From NCBI GenBank assembly GCA_040397545.1, contig JBBAVV010000025.1, forward strand, positions 366-64,365: a stretch of 64,000 nt of DNA. The letters are read 5' to 3'. The first letter of the stretch is position 1. The number at the start of each line of letters is the position of its first letter. The notes under the pieces were generated by a model. It did no database searches. It was not told where the DNA came from and saw only the letters and a program-made list of their open reading frames with translations. The position numbers and the translations under genes are program-made. Shown here in pieces: positions 17,854-26,903 of the stretch. The DNA is from Pirellulales bacterium (GTDB taxonomy: Bacteria; Planctomycetota; Planctomycetia; Pirellulales; UBA1268).

Positions 17854-18975
17854 ATGGATCGGTTGTGCACCGCCCGGGCTTCGTCGGTTCGGTTCACGAT
17901 CCGCCGTCGCTGCTGGTCGCTCCTCGCGATCCTTCCGGTTGTCCTCTTCTCCGCCGCGCCGCTGGTGGCCCAGGCTCCCGTCGACAAGGCGGGGGCTGGC
18001 GCCGCCACGGCCGCTGTGATCGCCCTCCGCAGCCAACGGTTTGCCGAGGCCCTTCGCCTCGTCGACGAAGCCCTCGGGCCGCTCGCTGCGGCGAAGGGGG
18101 AGGACGACCGCGAGGTCCTCACGCTGCTCATTCTGAAGGGGCAGGCCTACTACGGGCTGGGGCGCCCCCAGGAGGCGATCGATGCGCTCGCCCCGTTCAG
18201 CCGTTCGCTCGAGGCTCCTGCGCCCCTCGTCGGCCCGGGCAGCGACTGGAACGCGCTGACGGTCCTCGGCGACAGCTTCATGGCACTCGACCGCTGGAGC
18301 GACGCGCTGGTGACCCTCGATCGGGCCCGTTCGATGCTTGCCGACGATGGCCGAATCGATCCCCGGTCGAAGGCGATCAACACCGCCACGACACTCGGTA
18401 AGATCGGCACCGCGCGGGCCCGTCTCGAGGATTGGCCCGGTGCCCGGGAAGCGTTCGAGCAACAAGTCGCCGCGCTCGGCGGCCATGCGGAAGGGGGGGG
18501 GGCGTATCTGGCGGCCGCCCACAACGGCCTCGGTCTCGTCGCCGATAACGTCGGTGACCTCGCTGCCGCCGCGGAGCACTATACGGTGGCGGCGAAGGTT
18601 TACGAGGAACAGTTCGGGCTCGAGCATCCCTACACGAAGCGGTCCCTGACGACCCTCGCCCGCGTCCGAGGCAAGCTCGGCGACACCCAGGAAGCCGATC
18701 GGATCACCGCCCGGCTCGCGTCGGTTGACACGATGCCGACCACGATCCCACCCACCCTCCAGCCGGTGCCCTCGACGATCCCCGACCATCCCGCCACGAC
18801 GCCGAGACCGCTGGTGACCGGGCCGGTGATGGCCGCGGCGGCGGCGGCGGTCGCCCTCGCCGGGCTGACGCTCTGCGGATTCCTCGGCCGGCGAAAGCGG
18901 GGCGGCCAACGCGATCGCGGTGATGGCGTGGCCGCCGGGGATGCCACCGCGCGGTCCGAAACGAAGAACGCCTGA
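17854..18975 (+). CDS. TPR-repeat protein with a signal peptide and a C-terminal membrane anchor
   Basis: Start at ATG 17854 (MDRLCTARA..LLAILPVVLFSAAPLVAQA). TPR-like helices run throughout. The C-terminus has the TM segment VMAAAAAAVALAGLTLCGFLGRRKR. Confidence 0.75.
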   Translation: MDRLCTARASSVRFTIRRRCWSLLAILPVVLFSAAPLVAQAPVDKAGAGAATAAVIALRSQRFAEALRLVDEALGPLAAAKGEDDREVLTLLILKGQAYYGLGRPQEAIDALAPFSRSLEAPAPLVGPGSDWNALTVLGDSFMALDRWSDALVTLDRARSMLADDGRIDPRSKAINTATTLGKIGTARARLEDWPGAREAFEQQVAALGGHAEGGGAYLAAAHNGLGLVADNVGDLAAAAEHYTVAAKVYEEQFGLEHPYTKRSLTTLARVRGKLGDTQEADRITARLASVDTMPTTIPPTLQPVPSTIPDHPATTPRPLVTGPVMAAAAAAVALAGLTLCGFLGRRKRGGQRDRGDGVAAGDATARSETKNA

Positions 18976-18978
18976 ACC

Positions 18979-20217
18979 ATGCTCGACATTGTCGCTGTCC
19001 TCCTCGTTTTGACCGCCGCCTTCGCTTGGCTGAACCGGAAGTTTCTCCACTGGCCACCGACGATCGGCGTGATGGCGATCGCGCTCCTGGTGTCGCTCGG
19101 GATCGTCGGGCTCGACCGGCTGGGCTTCACCGCACCGGTCAGTCAGGAGTTGGCGCTCCTCGCTTCGATCGATTTCACCGACGTGCTCATGGAGGGGATG
19201 TTGTCGGTGCTCCTCTTCGCCGGGGCGCTCCATGTCGATCTCGCCCGGCTCACCAGGCTCGCACGCCAGATCGGCCTCCTGGCGATCGTTGGCACGGCGC
19301 TCTCCGCCCTGATTGTCGGCTTCGGTTGCCAGTGGGTGCTCGGGTTGGTTGGCCATGATCTGCCGCTGGTCCACTGCCTCCTCTTCGGGGCCCTCATCTC
19401 TCCCACCGATCCGGTGGCTGTCCTCGGGATCCTCGAATCGGCCCACGTCCCGCGCGACATTGAGTCGACGATCGCTGGTGAATCGCTCATCAACGACGGC
19501 GTCGGCGTCGTCCTTTTTGCCCTCCTCCTCGACATGCTCCACTCCGGCAGCCCGCCGACGGTGCGCGAGGGGATCGGGCTCTTCGTTCAGGAGGCCGTCG
19601 GGGGCGTCGCGCTCGGCTTCGTCCTTGGCTTTGGCGTTAATGCGGTGCTGGCGTCGATTGACGACTACCGGGTCGAGGTGCTGATCACGCTCGCCACGGT
19701 CATCGGCGGCTACGCGCTGGCCAACCGTCTTCACACGTCCGGGCCACTGGCGATGGTCGTCGTCGGGCTCCTCGTCGGCAGCGAGGGGAGGAAGTGGTCG
19801 ATGAGCGAGATCACCCGCGAGCGCATCGATCTCTTCTGGCACCTCCTCGACGAGATCCTCAACAGCGTTCTCTTCGTCCTCATCGGGCTGGAGTTTGCTG
19901 TCATCAACTACACGCCGGGATTGACATGGGCCGCTGTCAGCGCGGTGATCCTCGCGCTCCTGTCGCGGTTCCTCGTCGTCGGGCTCCCCGTTCTCTGCTT
20001 CCCGGCCTGGTTCCAACTGCCGCCCCGCGCCGGCTGGCTCCTCACCTGGAGCGGCATCCGTGGCGGGATCTCGGTCGCGCTGGCGCTCTCGCTTCCACCC
20101 GGCCCCGAGCGCGACACGGTGCTGACGCTCACCTACTCGGTGGTCGTGTTCTCGATCCTCGTTCAGGGGCTCTCGATCGGCTCCCTCGCGCGCCGGCTCG
20201 GACTTTCGACCGCGTGA
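18979..20217 (+). CDS. Na+/H+ (cation:proton) antiporter, CPA1/NhaP type
   Basis: 412-aa polytopic ORF. The motif FGALISPTDPVAV.. and the Sodium/hydrogen exchanger topology are recognisable. Confidence 0.85.
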   Translation: MLDIVAVLLVLTAAFAWLNRKFLHWPPTIGVMAIALLVSLGIVGLDRLGFTAPVSQELALLASIDFTDVLMEGMLSVLLFAGALHVDLARLTRLARQIGLLAIVGTALSALIVGFGCQWVLGLVGHDLPLVHCLLFGALISPTDPVAVLGILESAHVPRDIESTIAGESLINDGVGVVLFALLLDMLHSGSPPTVREGIGLFVQEAVGGVALGFVLGFGVNAVLASIDDYRVEVLITLATVIGGYALANRLHTSGPLAMVVVGLLVGSEGRKWSMSEITRERIDLFWHLLDEILNSVLFVLIGLEFAVINYTPGLTWAAVSAVILALLSRFLVVGLPVLCFPAWFQLPPRAGWLLTWSGIRGGISVALALSLPPGPERDTVLTLTYSVVVFSILVQGLSIGSLARRLGLSTA

Positions 20218-20411
20218 GCCGTTCCCCGGCTCCCTCGCTCACGGACAACCCGGTTCCCTGGCAACCTGGGAAAGCGACGTCGGGCCCGCGGCCCATCCCC
20301 CTGCCGGTCCGGTCGACCGTGACGCCCCCCTGGTTTCGATGCGGCCTCTGTGGCCGTCGGCGATCGATGGGATGGATGTGGCCCGGGGGATTCGTGCCGG
20401 AGGCTCCTGCG

Positions 20412-21743
20412 ATGTGCCGTGGCTGTTTCATCCGTTGCGGAATCGCTCTTGTCGCGGCCGTCGGCCTCGTGCCGCCGGGGAGGGCCCGCGCCGACGGGCT
20501 CTCCGGAGTGTCGGCGTATGGCACGGCCTCCGGAGTCGGGGCGAGCGCCACGACGGGCATTCCCTTCGGCCCTGCGCAGCGCTCGCGGCGGCCCCCCGTT
20601 GCCCCGCGCGAGCTTCCTCCCGCCCCCTCGAGCGCCATTCCCGCGGCGGGGCCGCCGCGCGATCCGGTCTTCGAGGCGAGCCTCTACGGCGGCCAACCGC
20701 TCGTCGCGCCGATCGCGATGACGGCGCCGCAGCAGCCGGCAGCCGCGCCCCAACCGGGCCTCCCGCCGACCGTCACACCTCCGGCCGGCCCGGCGTTTCC
20801 GGGCGTGGCCGTCCCCGGCGCAAGCCCTCCCCCGCTCCCCGCGGCGACAGTCCAGGCGCCGGCTCCAGGCTATGGGTCGCCCTCCCTCGGCTACGGTCCG
20901 CCCGTCAGCTACGCCCCGCGGCCTCCGATCACCACCGACACGCTCCGTCTCCCCGCCACCGCGCCACCGACCGTGCCGCCGCGGTCGACGCCAGCTCCCT
21001 CGGATCCCTCCTTCGGCGCCGGGAACTCGACGCCGATCACGGCTCCCCCCTTCAACTCACTCCCTTCCCCCTCGACGTCCCGCGTCGACGAGCGGATGCC
21101 CTCCTGGGACGATCTCCCCGAGGGACCCGACCGGCGCTTCTACCTGGCGAGTATCCTCGGGGCCGACTTCGGAACGCTCTCGGTGGGGAATGGCCCCAAC
21201 CCTACCGATTCGCTGTTCACCACCGGCGGAGCCGTCGGTATCGCCGTCGAGCGCCCCCAGGGCTGGTTCCGCACCGAGTTCGAGGCCCGCTACCGTGATC
21301 CGGTATCGTTGACCACGAGCGATCCGACGCTCGGTGGCAGCGCGAGCGTCACGGCCCGCGACGGCTGGTCGACGATGATCAACGCCTGGCGCGATCTCGA
21401 GGTCACCGACCGTGTCGCCCTCTATCTCGGCGGGGGAATCGGCGGCGGTGGCTACACGGTTGCTTTCGATGGCGGTTTCCCGGCGCTCGGCGTCGGCCTC
21501 TCCGGCTCCACTGCGGTGACCGGATTCGCCTGGCAGGCCGGAGGGGGGGCGAGCTGGCTCCTCACGGAACGCATCGCCCTCGACCTCGGCTACCGCTGGT
21601 ACGCCGTCGACGGCGGCCCGGCGACGATCGACGTGACGACGCCGTTCTTCGCTTTGAGCGACAGCATCGGGACGAACTTCGGCGCCAGCGAGCTCCTTTT
21701 CTCCCTCCGCGTCTACGAACCCTTCCGCCGTTGGAGTCCATGA
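20412..21743 (+). CDS. Outer-membrane beta-barrel protein with a long Pro-rich N-terminal region
   Basis: Start chosen at ATG 20412 (MCRGCFIRCGIALVAAVGLVPPGRARA); ATG 20367 is an alternative. The C-terminal ~200 aa show alternating beta-strand patterns (GGGASWLLTERIALDLGYRWY..SELLFSLRVY). Confidence 0.7.
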   Translation: MCRGCFIRCGIALVAAVGLVPPGRARADGLSGVSAYGTASGVGASATTGIPFGPAQRSRRPPVAPRELPPAPSSAIPAAGPPRDPVFEASLYGGQPLVAPIAMTAPQQPAAAPQPGLPPTVTPPAGPAFPGVAVPGASPPPLPAATVQAPAPGYGSPSLGYGPPVSYAPRPPITTDTLRLPATAPPTVPPRSTPAPSDPSFGAGNSTPITAPPFNSLPSPSTSRVDERMPSWDDLPEGPDRRFYLASILGADFGTLSVGNGPNPTDSLFTTGGAVGIAVERPQGWFRTEFEARYRDPVSLTTSDPTLGGSASVTARDGWSTMINAWRDLEVTDRVALYLGGGIGGGGYTVAFDGGFPALGVGLSGSTAVTGFAWQAGGGASWLLTERIALDLGYRWYAVDGGPATIDVTTPFFALSDSIGTNFGASELLFSLRVYEPFRRWSP

Positions 21744-21910
21744 TGCCCGTCATCCTCACCGCCCTGGTGGCCGTCGGAGTCCAAGCCGCCCGCCTTCTCG
21801 GCCGCCGGATACGGCGCGGAGCCCTTCAGGGGCAGAAGCCCCCGACCGCCGATCAGCCGCCGGTCGGGGCCCGCCGCCCGCGGCTGGCCAGCCGCCGCCC
21901 GGCCGCCTGA
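21740..21910 (+). CDS. Candidate small membrane protein (56 aa), below the ORF-track size cut-off
   Basis: ATGATG overlaps the upstream TGA (21741-21743). It reads MMPVILTALVAVGVQAARLLGRRIRRG.., one hydrophobic helix plus a basic tail. Third-position G+C is high. Confidence 0.3.
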   Translation: MMPVILTALVAVGVQAARLLGRRIRRGALQGQKPPTADQPPVGARRPRLASRRPAA

Positions 21911-21979
21911 CCGACGTGGCACCGGACGGGAATGGAGCCCGGTGGCCCTCGGCCAGCGGGGACTTCCGCCCGACCCGCA

Positions 21980-23569
21980 TCAGTGCCGGCCGCGGACTCC
22001 TTCCACGATCCGCTCCAGGCCGAGCGGGTTGGCATCTTGGAGCGCCGGCGGGAGGAGGCGATCGGGCATGTCCTGGAGGCAGACCGGCCGGATGAAGCGC
22101 TCGAGCGCGGCGGTGCCGACGCTCGTGAACCGGGAGTCGGAGGTCGCCGGCGCCGGGCCTCCGTGCTGCATCGCGTGGCAGACCTCGACGCCGGTCGGAT
22201 AGCCGTTGAGGATCAGCCGCCCGGCTCGTTCGGCGAGCAGCTCGAAGAGGTCGGCCGCCTCTTCGAGATCGCTCTCGGTGCCGTGGATCGTGGCCGTCAG
22301 CTGGCCGTCGAGGCGGCGGGCGACGGTCCGCAGCTCGGCGAGATTTTGTACGGCGACGAGGAGGCTGCAGGGTCCGAACACCTCCTCCGAGCACTGCGGC
22401 TGCATGAGGAACGTCGCGGTGTCGGTCTCCGCGACGATCGCCGCCGCCTGGGAGTGGCCCGCGTCCGCGGCCGTGTCGGCCCGGGCGAGCACCCGCACCC
22501 CCGACACCCCGAGGAGGCCGTCGCGGTGGGCGTCGAACTCCCGGAGAATTTCAGCGGTGAGCATCGGGGCCGGCTGGGCGCCCGCGACCGCGGCGGCGAG
22601 CTCGCCGCGAAAACGAGCGAGATCCGGACCCTCGACGGCGACGAGGATCCCCGGCTTCGTGCAGAACTGCCCGACACCGAGCGTCATTGAGTTGCGGAAG
22701 CCCTCGGCGATCGCGGCGCTGCGGGCGGCGAGGGCGCCGGGGAGGACGAAGAGTGGGTTGCAGCTGCTCATCTCGGCGAACACCGGGATCGGATCGGGGC
22801 GCGCCGCGGCCGCTGCCAAGAGCGCCCGGCCCCCCGCGCGCGAGCCGGTGAATCCGACCGCTTTGACCCGCGGATCCCTGACAAGCTGGACGCCGATCAC
22901 GCTCCCCTCGCCATGGAGCATCGAGAACACCCCCGGGGAGACCCCACAGGCTTCGACCGCCCGACGGATCGCCCCGGCGACGAGCTCCGACGTCCCCGGA
23001 TGGCCGCGGTGGGCCTTGACGATCACCGGGTTGCCGGTGCAAAGGGCGCTGGCGGTGTCGCCCCCCGCCACCGAGAAGGCGAGGGGAAAATTGCTCGATC
23101 CGAACACGGCCACGGGGCCGAGCGGCAGCTTCATGCGCCGCAGGTCGGGGCGCGGCAGCGGTTGCCGGTCGGGAAGGGCGCGGTCGATGCGGGCATCGAC
23201 CCACGACCCATCACGGGCCGCCGCCGCAAACAGGCGCAGCTGCCCCACGGTGCGGCCACGTTCTCCCGTCAGCCGCGCGACGGGGAGGGCCGTCTCCGCC
23301 GCGGCACGCTCGATGAGTGCATCGCCGAGGCTGTTGATCTCCTCCGCAACGCGCTCGAGGAAAGCGCCGCGCTGTGCGCCGGTCGTCCGCGCGAATGGGC
23401 CGGCGGCAGCCTCCGCGGCGGCGATCGCCTCGTCGCAATCCATCGGCTGGGCGATGTGGAATTTCCCCTCGAGCTGGGTGCTACCGGCTGGGGACGAGAC
23501 GACGAATGTCCGGCCGCTCCGCCGCAGGGCGGAGGCGACAAAATTGAGACCGTGGAGCGGGGGGGCCAT
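21980..23569 (-). CDS. NADP-dependent aldehyde dehydrogenase, alpha-ketoglutarate semialdehyde dehydrogenase-like
   Basis: 529-aa ORF. Motifs include FGSSNFPLAFS, VKAHRGHPGTSE, catalytic-Cys context GVGQFCTKPG and EEVFGP. Confidence 0.85.
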   Translation of the reverse strand: MAPPLHGLNFVASALRRSGRTFVVSSPAGSTQLEGKFHIAQPMDCDEAIAAAEAAAGPFARTTGAQRGAFLERVAEEINSLGDALIERAAAETALPVARLTGERGRTVGQLRLFAAAARDGSWVDARIDRALPDRQPLPRPDLRRMKLPLGPVAVFGSSNFPLAFSVAGGDTASALCTGNPVIVKAHRGHPGTSELVAGAIRRAVEACGVSPGVFSMLHGEGSVIGVQLVRDPRVKAVGFTGSRAGGRALLAAAAARPDPIPVFAEMSSCNPLFVLPGALAARSAAIAEGFRNSMTLGVGQFCTKPGILVAVEGPDLARFRGELAAAVAGAQPAPMLTAEILREFDAHRDGLLGVSGVRVLARADTAADAGHSQAAAIVAETDTATFLMQPQCSEEVFGPCSLLVAVQNLAELRTVARRLDGQLTATIHGTESDLEEAADLFELLAERAGRLILNGYPTGVEVCHAMQHGGPAPATSDSRFTSVGTAALERFIRPVCLQDMPDRLLPPALQDANPLGLERIVEGVRGRH

Positions 23570-23599
23570 GGGGATTCCTGCGGTGAACTGGGGGGCGGG

Positions 23600-24508
23600 T
23601 CAGACGGTGACGACCTCGTTGACCAGCGCGCCGACGCCGTCGAGGCGGATCGTCACACGGTCGCCGGGCTGGAGCGTGAACGACTCGTCGGGGACGACCC
23701 CGGTGCCGGTGAGGAGCACGACGCCGTGGGGAAAGCGCTGGCTGCGCCACAGCCAGGCGGCGAGCTCGTCGAACCGGCGCTTGATCTGGTCGATCCCGGT
23801 CTGGCCCGAGAAGACTGACTCCCCGGCGCGTTCGATGTCGACGGCGATCGACCAGCGGCGGATCGCTGCTTCGTCGGTCTCGAGTGCCACCCAGGGGCCG
23901 AGCGCACAGGAGCGGTCGTAGGTCTTTGCCTGCGGGAGATAGAGGAGATTCTCCCCTTCGATGTCGCGCGAGCTCATGTCGTTGCCGACGGCGCAGCCGA
24001 CGATCTTTCCTCGCGAGCTCATCACGAGGGCGAGCTCCGGCTCGGGGACGTTCCACCTGGCATCGGCCCGGATGCCGACGGCGTCACCCGTGCCCACGAC
24101 CTTGTCGGAAAGGCTCTTGAAGAAGATCTCGGGGCGGTCGGCGTCGTAGACCCGGTCGTAGGCCGAGGCGCTGAAGTCCGATTCCTCCATCCGCGCCGTC
24201 TTGCTCCGCAGATAGGTGACGCCCGCAGCCCACACCTCCTGCCGCTCGACGGGGGCCAGGAGCGTGAGCGTTTCGAGGTCGTGGTGGGGGACGACCGGCT
24301 CGAGTGCCGTCACAATCGCCGCCGGATCGGCGCTCTCGAGGAGGGCCGTCAGGCTCTCGATCCCGGCGGCGCCGAGATCCGCGACCCGGTTGTTTCCCCG
24401 CGCCGCACCGACGCGCGGCGGGCCGCCCCCCGGCGGCAGGAAGCGGCACACGATCGCCCGGGCGTCGGCGGGGGAGACTGCCAAACGGTGGGGAGTGGGG
24501 GAGGCCAT
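23600..24508 (-). CDS. Fumarylacetoacetate hydrolase-family protein, 2-keto-3-deoxy-pentonate dehydratase-like (XylX/KdaD type)
   Basis: Start at ATG 24508 (MASPTPH). The core PEPELALVMSSRGKIVGCAVGNDMSSRDIEGENLLYLPQAKTY resembles FAH-family sugar-acid dehydratases. Confidence 0.75.
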   Translation of the reverse strand: MASPTPHRLAVSPADARAIVCRFLPPGGGPPRVGAARGNNRVADLGAAGIESLTALLESADPAAIVTALEPVVPHHDLETLTLLAPVERQEVWAAGVTYLRSKTARMEESDFSASAYDRVYDADRPEIFFKSLSDKVVGTGDAVGIRADARWNVPEPELALVMSSRGKIVGCAVGNDMSSRDIEGENLLYLPQAKTYDRSCALGPWVALETDEAAIRRWSIAVDIERAGESVFSGQTGIDQIKRRFDELAAWLWRSQRFPHGVVLLTGTGVVPDESFTLQPGDRVTIRLDGVGALVNEVVTV

Positions 24509-24671
24509 GGGGGACGAGCTCTCGGCGGAAGGGACGCGGATGGTGTCGCGCGATTGTCCGGGCCGCGGCGGAGGTTGGCAAGCGTGCGGGGCTTTCGCCC
24601 GCGGCGGCGTCGCGGTACCGTGGGGCGAAAGTCGAGAAGTGTACGGGGGATTTTTCCGGGGGAGATCCAGC

Positions 24672-26144
24672 ATGATCGATCGATCGTTGCACGCGCCGCA
24701 GTCGCCCGAGCCAGAGGGCGACGATTCCCACGGGGCCGTCGCGCCGGCGCCGCGTCGCGCGCGGCTCGGCCGCCGCCGGTTCCTGCAGGGCTCCGCCACC
24801 ACGGTCGCCGCGGCTCCGGCCTGGAACTTCATGATCGTGCCCCGCCATGTGCTGGGGGGAGAGGGGCACGTGCCGCCGAGTGAGCGCATCAACCTCGCCG
24901 GCGTCGGTGCCGGCGGCATGGGAGGGGGTGACATCGCCACCTTCGCCAAGCTCGGCGCGAATGTCGTCGCCCTCTGTGACGTCGACGACGAGCGCGCCCG
25001 CGGCACCTTCGGCGCCCACCCCAAGGCGACGCGCTACAAGGACTTCCGGAAGATGATCGAGAAGGAGGCGAAGCACATCGACGCCTGCACCGTCGGCACC
25101 CCCGATCACACCCACGCCGTCGCCGCCATGGCCGCCATCTCCGCCGGCAAGCATGTCTACGTTCAAAAGCCCCTCACCCACACCCTCCGCGAGGCCCGCA
25201 CCGTCACCGAGGCGGCGCGGCGGGCGGGCGTCGTCACGCAGATGGGAAACCAGGGGCACGCCACCGAAGGGGCCCGGCTCACGAACGAATGGATCCAGGC
25301 CGGCATCATCGGCGACGTCCGGGAGGTCCACACCTGGTCCGATCGGGCCGGCCGGCTGTGGAAGCAGGGGATCACCCCGCCCACCGGCTCCCCGCCGATC
25401 CCTGCCACCCTCGACTGGAACCTCTGGCTCGGCCCCGTCGCCGAGCGCCCCTACCACCCGGCCTACTGCCCCCACTCGTGGCGCGGATGGGTCGACTTCG
25501 GCACCGGCGCCCTCGGTGACATGGGCTGCCACATCATCGATCATCCGATGTGGGCCCTCTCCCTCGGCTCCCCCACCACCGTCGAATCACGGATCACCCT
25601 CGACGGCGCCTACCTCGAAGGCAACACTCGCAATTTCGATTCCTTTCCGATCGCGGCGATCGTCACGTACGACTTCCCCGCCCGCGAAGCTGGCGGGAAG
25701 ACCCTCCCTCCCGTCCGTATGACTTGGTACGAGGGGGGGCTGATGCCGCCGACGCCCGCGGAGCTGCCGGCTGGGGAAAAGCTCCCCGACAACGGCGTCC
25801 TGTACGTCGGCTCGAAGGGGAAGATGTTCCATTCCTCCCACGGAGGCACCCCGCGGCTCCTCCCGGCCGATCTTGCCGACAGCGCCAAGGCCGTGCCCGC
25901 GTCGATCCCCCGCTCCCCTGGCCACTACGAGGAATGGCTCCTCGCCTGCAAGGGGCAGGGGAAGACGATGTCAAACTTCGATGTTTCCGGCCCCCTCACC
26001 GAGACGGTCCTCCTCGGCGTCCTCGCGATGCGCGTCCCTGGCGAACGGATCGAGTGGGATGGCCCGAATCTCCACGTCAAAAATCTCCCTGACCTGAATC
26101 AGCACCTCCACATCGACTACCGCCCGGGGTGGTCGCTCGGATGA
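24672..26144 (+). CDS. Tat-exported Gfo/Idh/MocA-family oxidoreductase
   Basis: Start at ATG 24672. The twin-arginine signal is RRRFLQGSATTVAAAP. A Rossmann segment (INLAGVGAGGMGG) and KHVYVQKPLTH are present. Confidence 0.85.
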   Translation: MIDRSLHAPQSPEPEGDDSHGAVAPAPRRARLGRRRFLQGSATTVAAAPAWNFMIVPRHVLGGEGHVPPSERINLAGVGAGGMGGGDIATFAKLGANVVALCDVDDERARGTFGAHPKATRYKDFRKMIEKEAKHIDACTVGTPDHTHAVAAMAAISAGKHVYVQKPLTHTLREARTVTEAARRAGVVTQMGNQGHATEGARLTNEWIQAGIIGDVREVHTWSDRAGRLWKQGITPPTGSPPIPATLDWNLWLGPVAERPYHPAYCPHSWRGWVDFGTGALGDMGCHIIDHPMWALSLGSPTTVESRITLDGAYLEGNTRNFDSFPIAAIVTYDFPAREAGGKTLPPVRMTWYEGGLMPPTPAELPAGEKLPDNGVLYVGSKGKMFHSSHGGTPRLLPADLADSAKAVPASIPRSPGHYEEWLLACKGQGKTMSNFDVSGPLTETVLLGVLAMRVPGERIEWDGPNLHVKNLPDLNQHLHIDYRPGWSLG

Positions 26145-26866
26145 AACCGATGAAACACGTCGTTCTCCGCTTCGTCCTCCTTGGGGCTCTCCTCGGCGCT
26201 GCCAACGCCCGTCAGGCCTTGGCCGCCGACAATGAGCTCACCGCGGCGGAAGAAGCTGCCGGCTGGCAGCTCCTCTTCGACGGCCGCACGACGACGGGGT
26301 GGATCAGTCCGAAGGGGAAGCCGCTCCCCCGGAGCCATGTTCAGGACGGGGCCCTCAACCCGCACCCCTGCGATTACATGCTCGTCTTTGAAAAGCCGCT
26401 CGACGATTACGAGCTGGCCCTCGAGTTCAAGATCAGCCCGAAGTGCAACAGCGGGATCTTCGTCCGCACGTTTCCCCTCGAGCCGCGACCGGGCAAGGAT
26501 GTCGGCTTCAACGGCATCGAAATCGCGATCGACGACACGACGACCGCCGACTTCCACGACACCGGCGCTCTCTACGATCTCGTCAAGCCGACGGCCAACG
26601 CCATGAAACCGGCCGGTGAGTGGAACACGGCGCTGGTCACGAGCCGCGGGCCGAAGCTCGAGGTGGCCATCAATGGCCGCACCGTGTCGGCCATCGATTT
26701 CGATCAGTGGCCCGAGGCGAATCTTCGCCCCGATGGCTCGATGCACAAGTTCGACGTCGCCTACACGGCTCATCCGCGCCGCGGATACGTCGGGCTCCAA
26801 GACCATGGCTCCGATTGTTGGTACCGCAACATCAAGCTCCGCCCGATTCCGACCGCGGCGCAGTGA
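26141..26866 (+). CDS. DUF1080 (3-keto-disaccharide hydrolase-like) domain protein, secreted
   Basis: ATGA overlap with the upstream stop (26141-26144). A signal peptide is present. Typical strings: GWQLLFDG.., NSGIFVR, HDTGALYDL, GYVGLQDHGSDCWYRNIKL. Confidence 0.8.
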   Translation: MKPMKHVVLRFVLLGALLGAANARQALAADNELTAAEEAAGWQLLFDGRTTTGWISPKGKPLPRSHVQDGALNPHPCDYMLVFEKPLDDYELALEFKISPKCNSGIFVRTFPLEPRPGKDVGFNGIEIAIDDTTTADFHDTGALYDLVKPTANAMKPAGEWNTALVTSRGPKLEVAINGRTVSAIDFDQWPEANLRPDGSMHKFDVAYTAHPRRGYVGLQDHGSDCWYRNIKLRPIPTAAQ

Positions 26867-26903
26867 TCAGCGGCCCGTCGCCCCCACCTCCCGGAGATGC
26901 CCC

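Noticed and set aside
18493-18502. A second G10 homopolymer (plus a G9 at 52848-52856) as further phase-variation sites.
   Set aside because: Both lie in frame inside intact genes, encoding GGG and PPP. They show only that long G/C runs are tolerated in this genome.
19794-20411. The long N-terminal extension of the outer-membrane protein ORF (starting at 19794). The 49880..52582 ORF has a similar extension beyond 52015.
   Set aside because: The extensions overlap the well-supported antiporter and amidase genes and are compositionally Arg/Pro-rich. Internal ATGs followed by signal-peptide-like segments are better starts.
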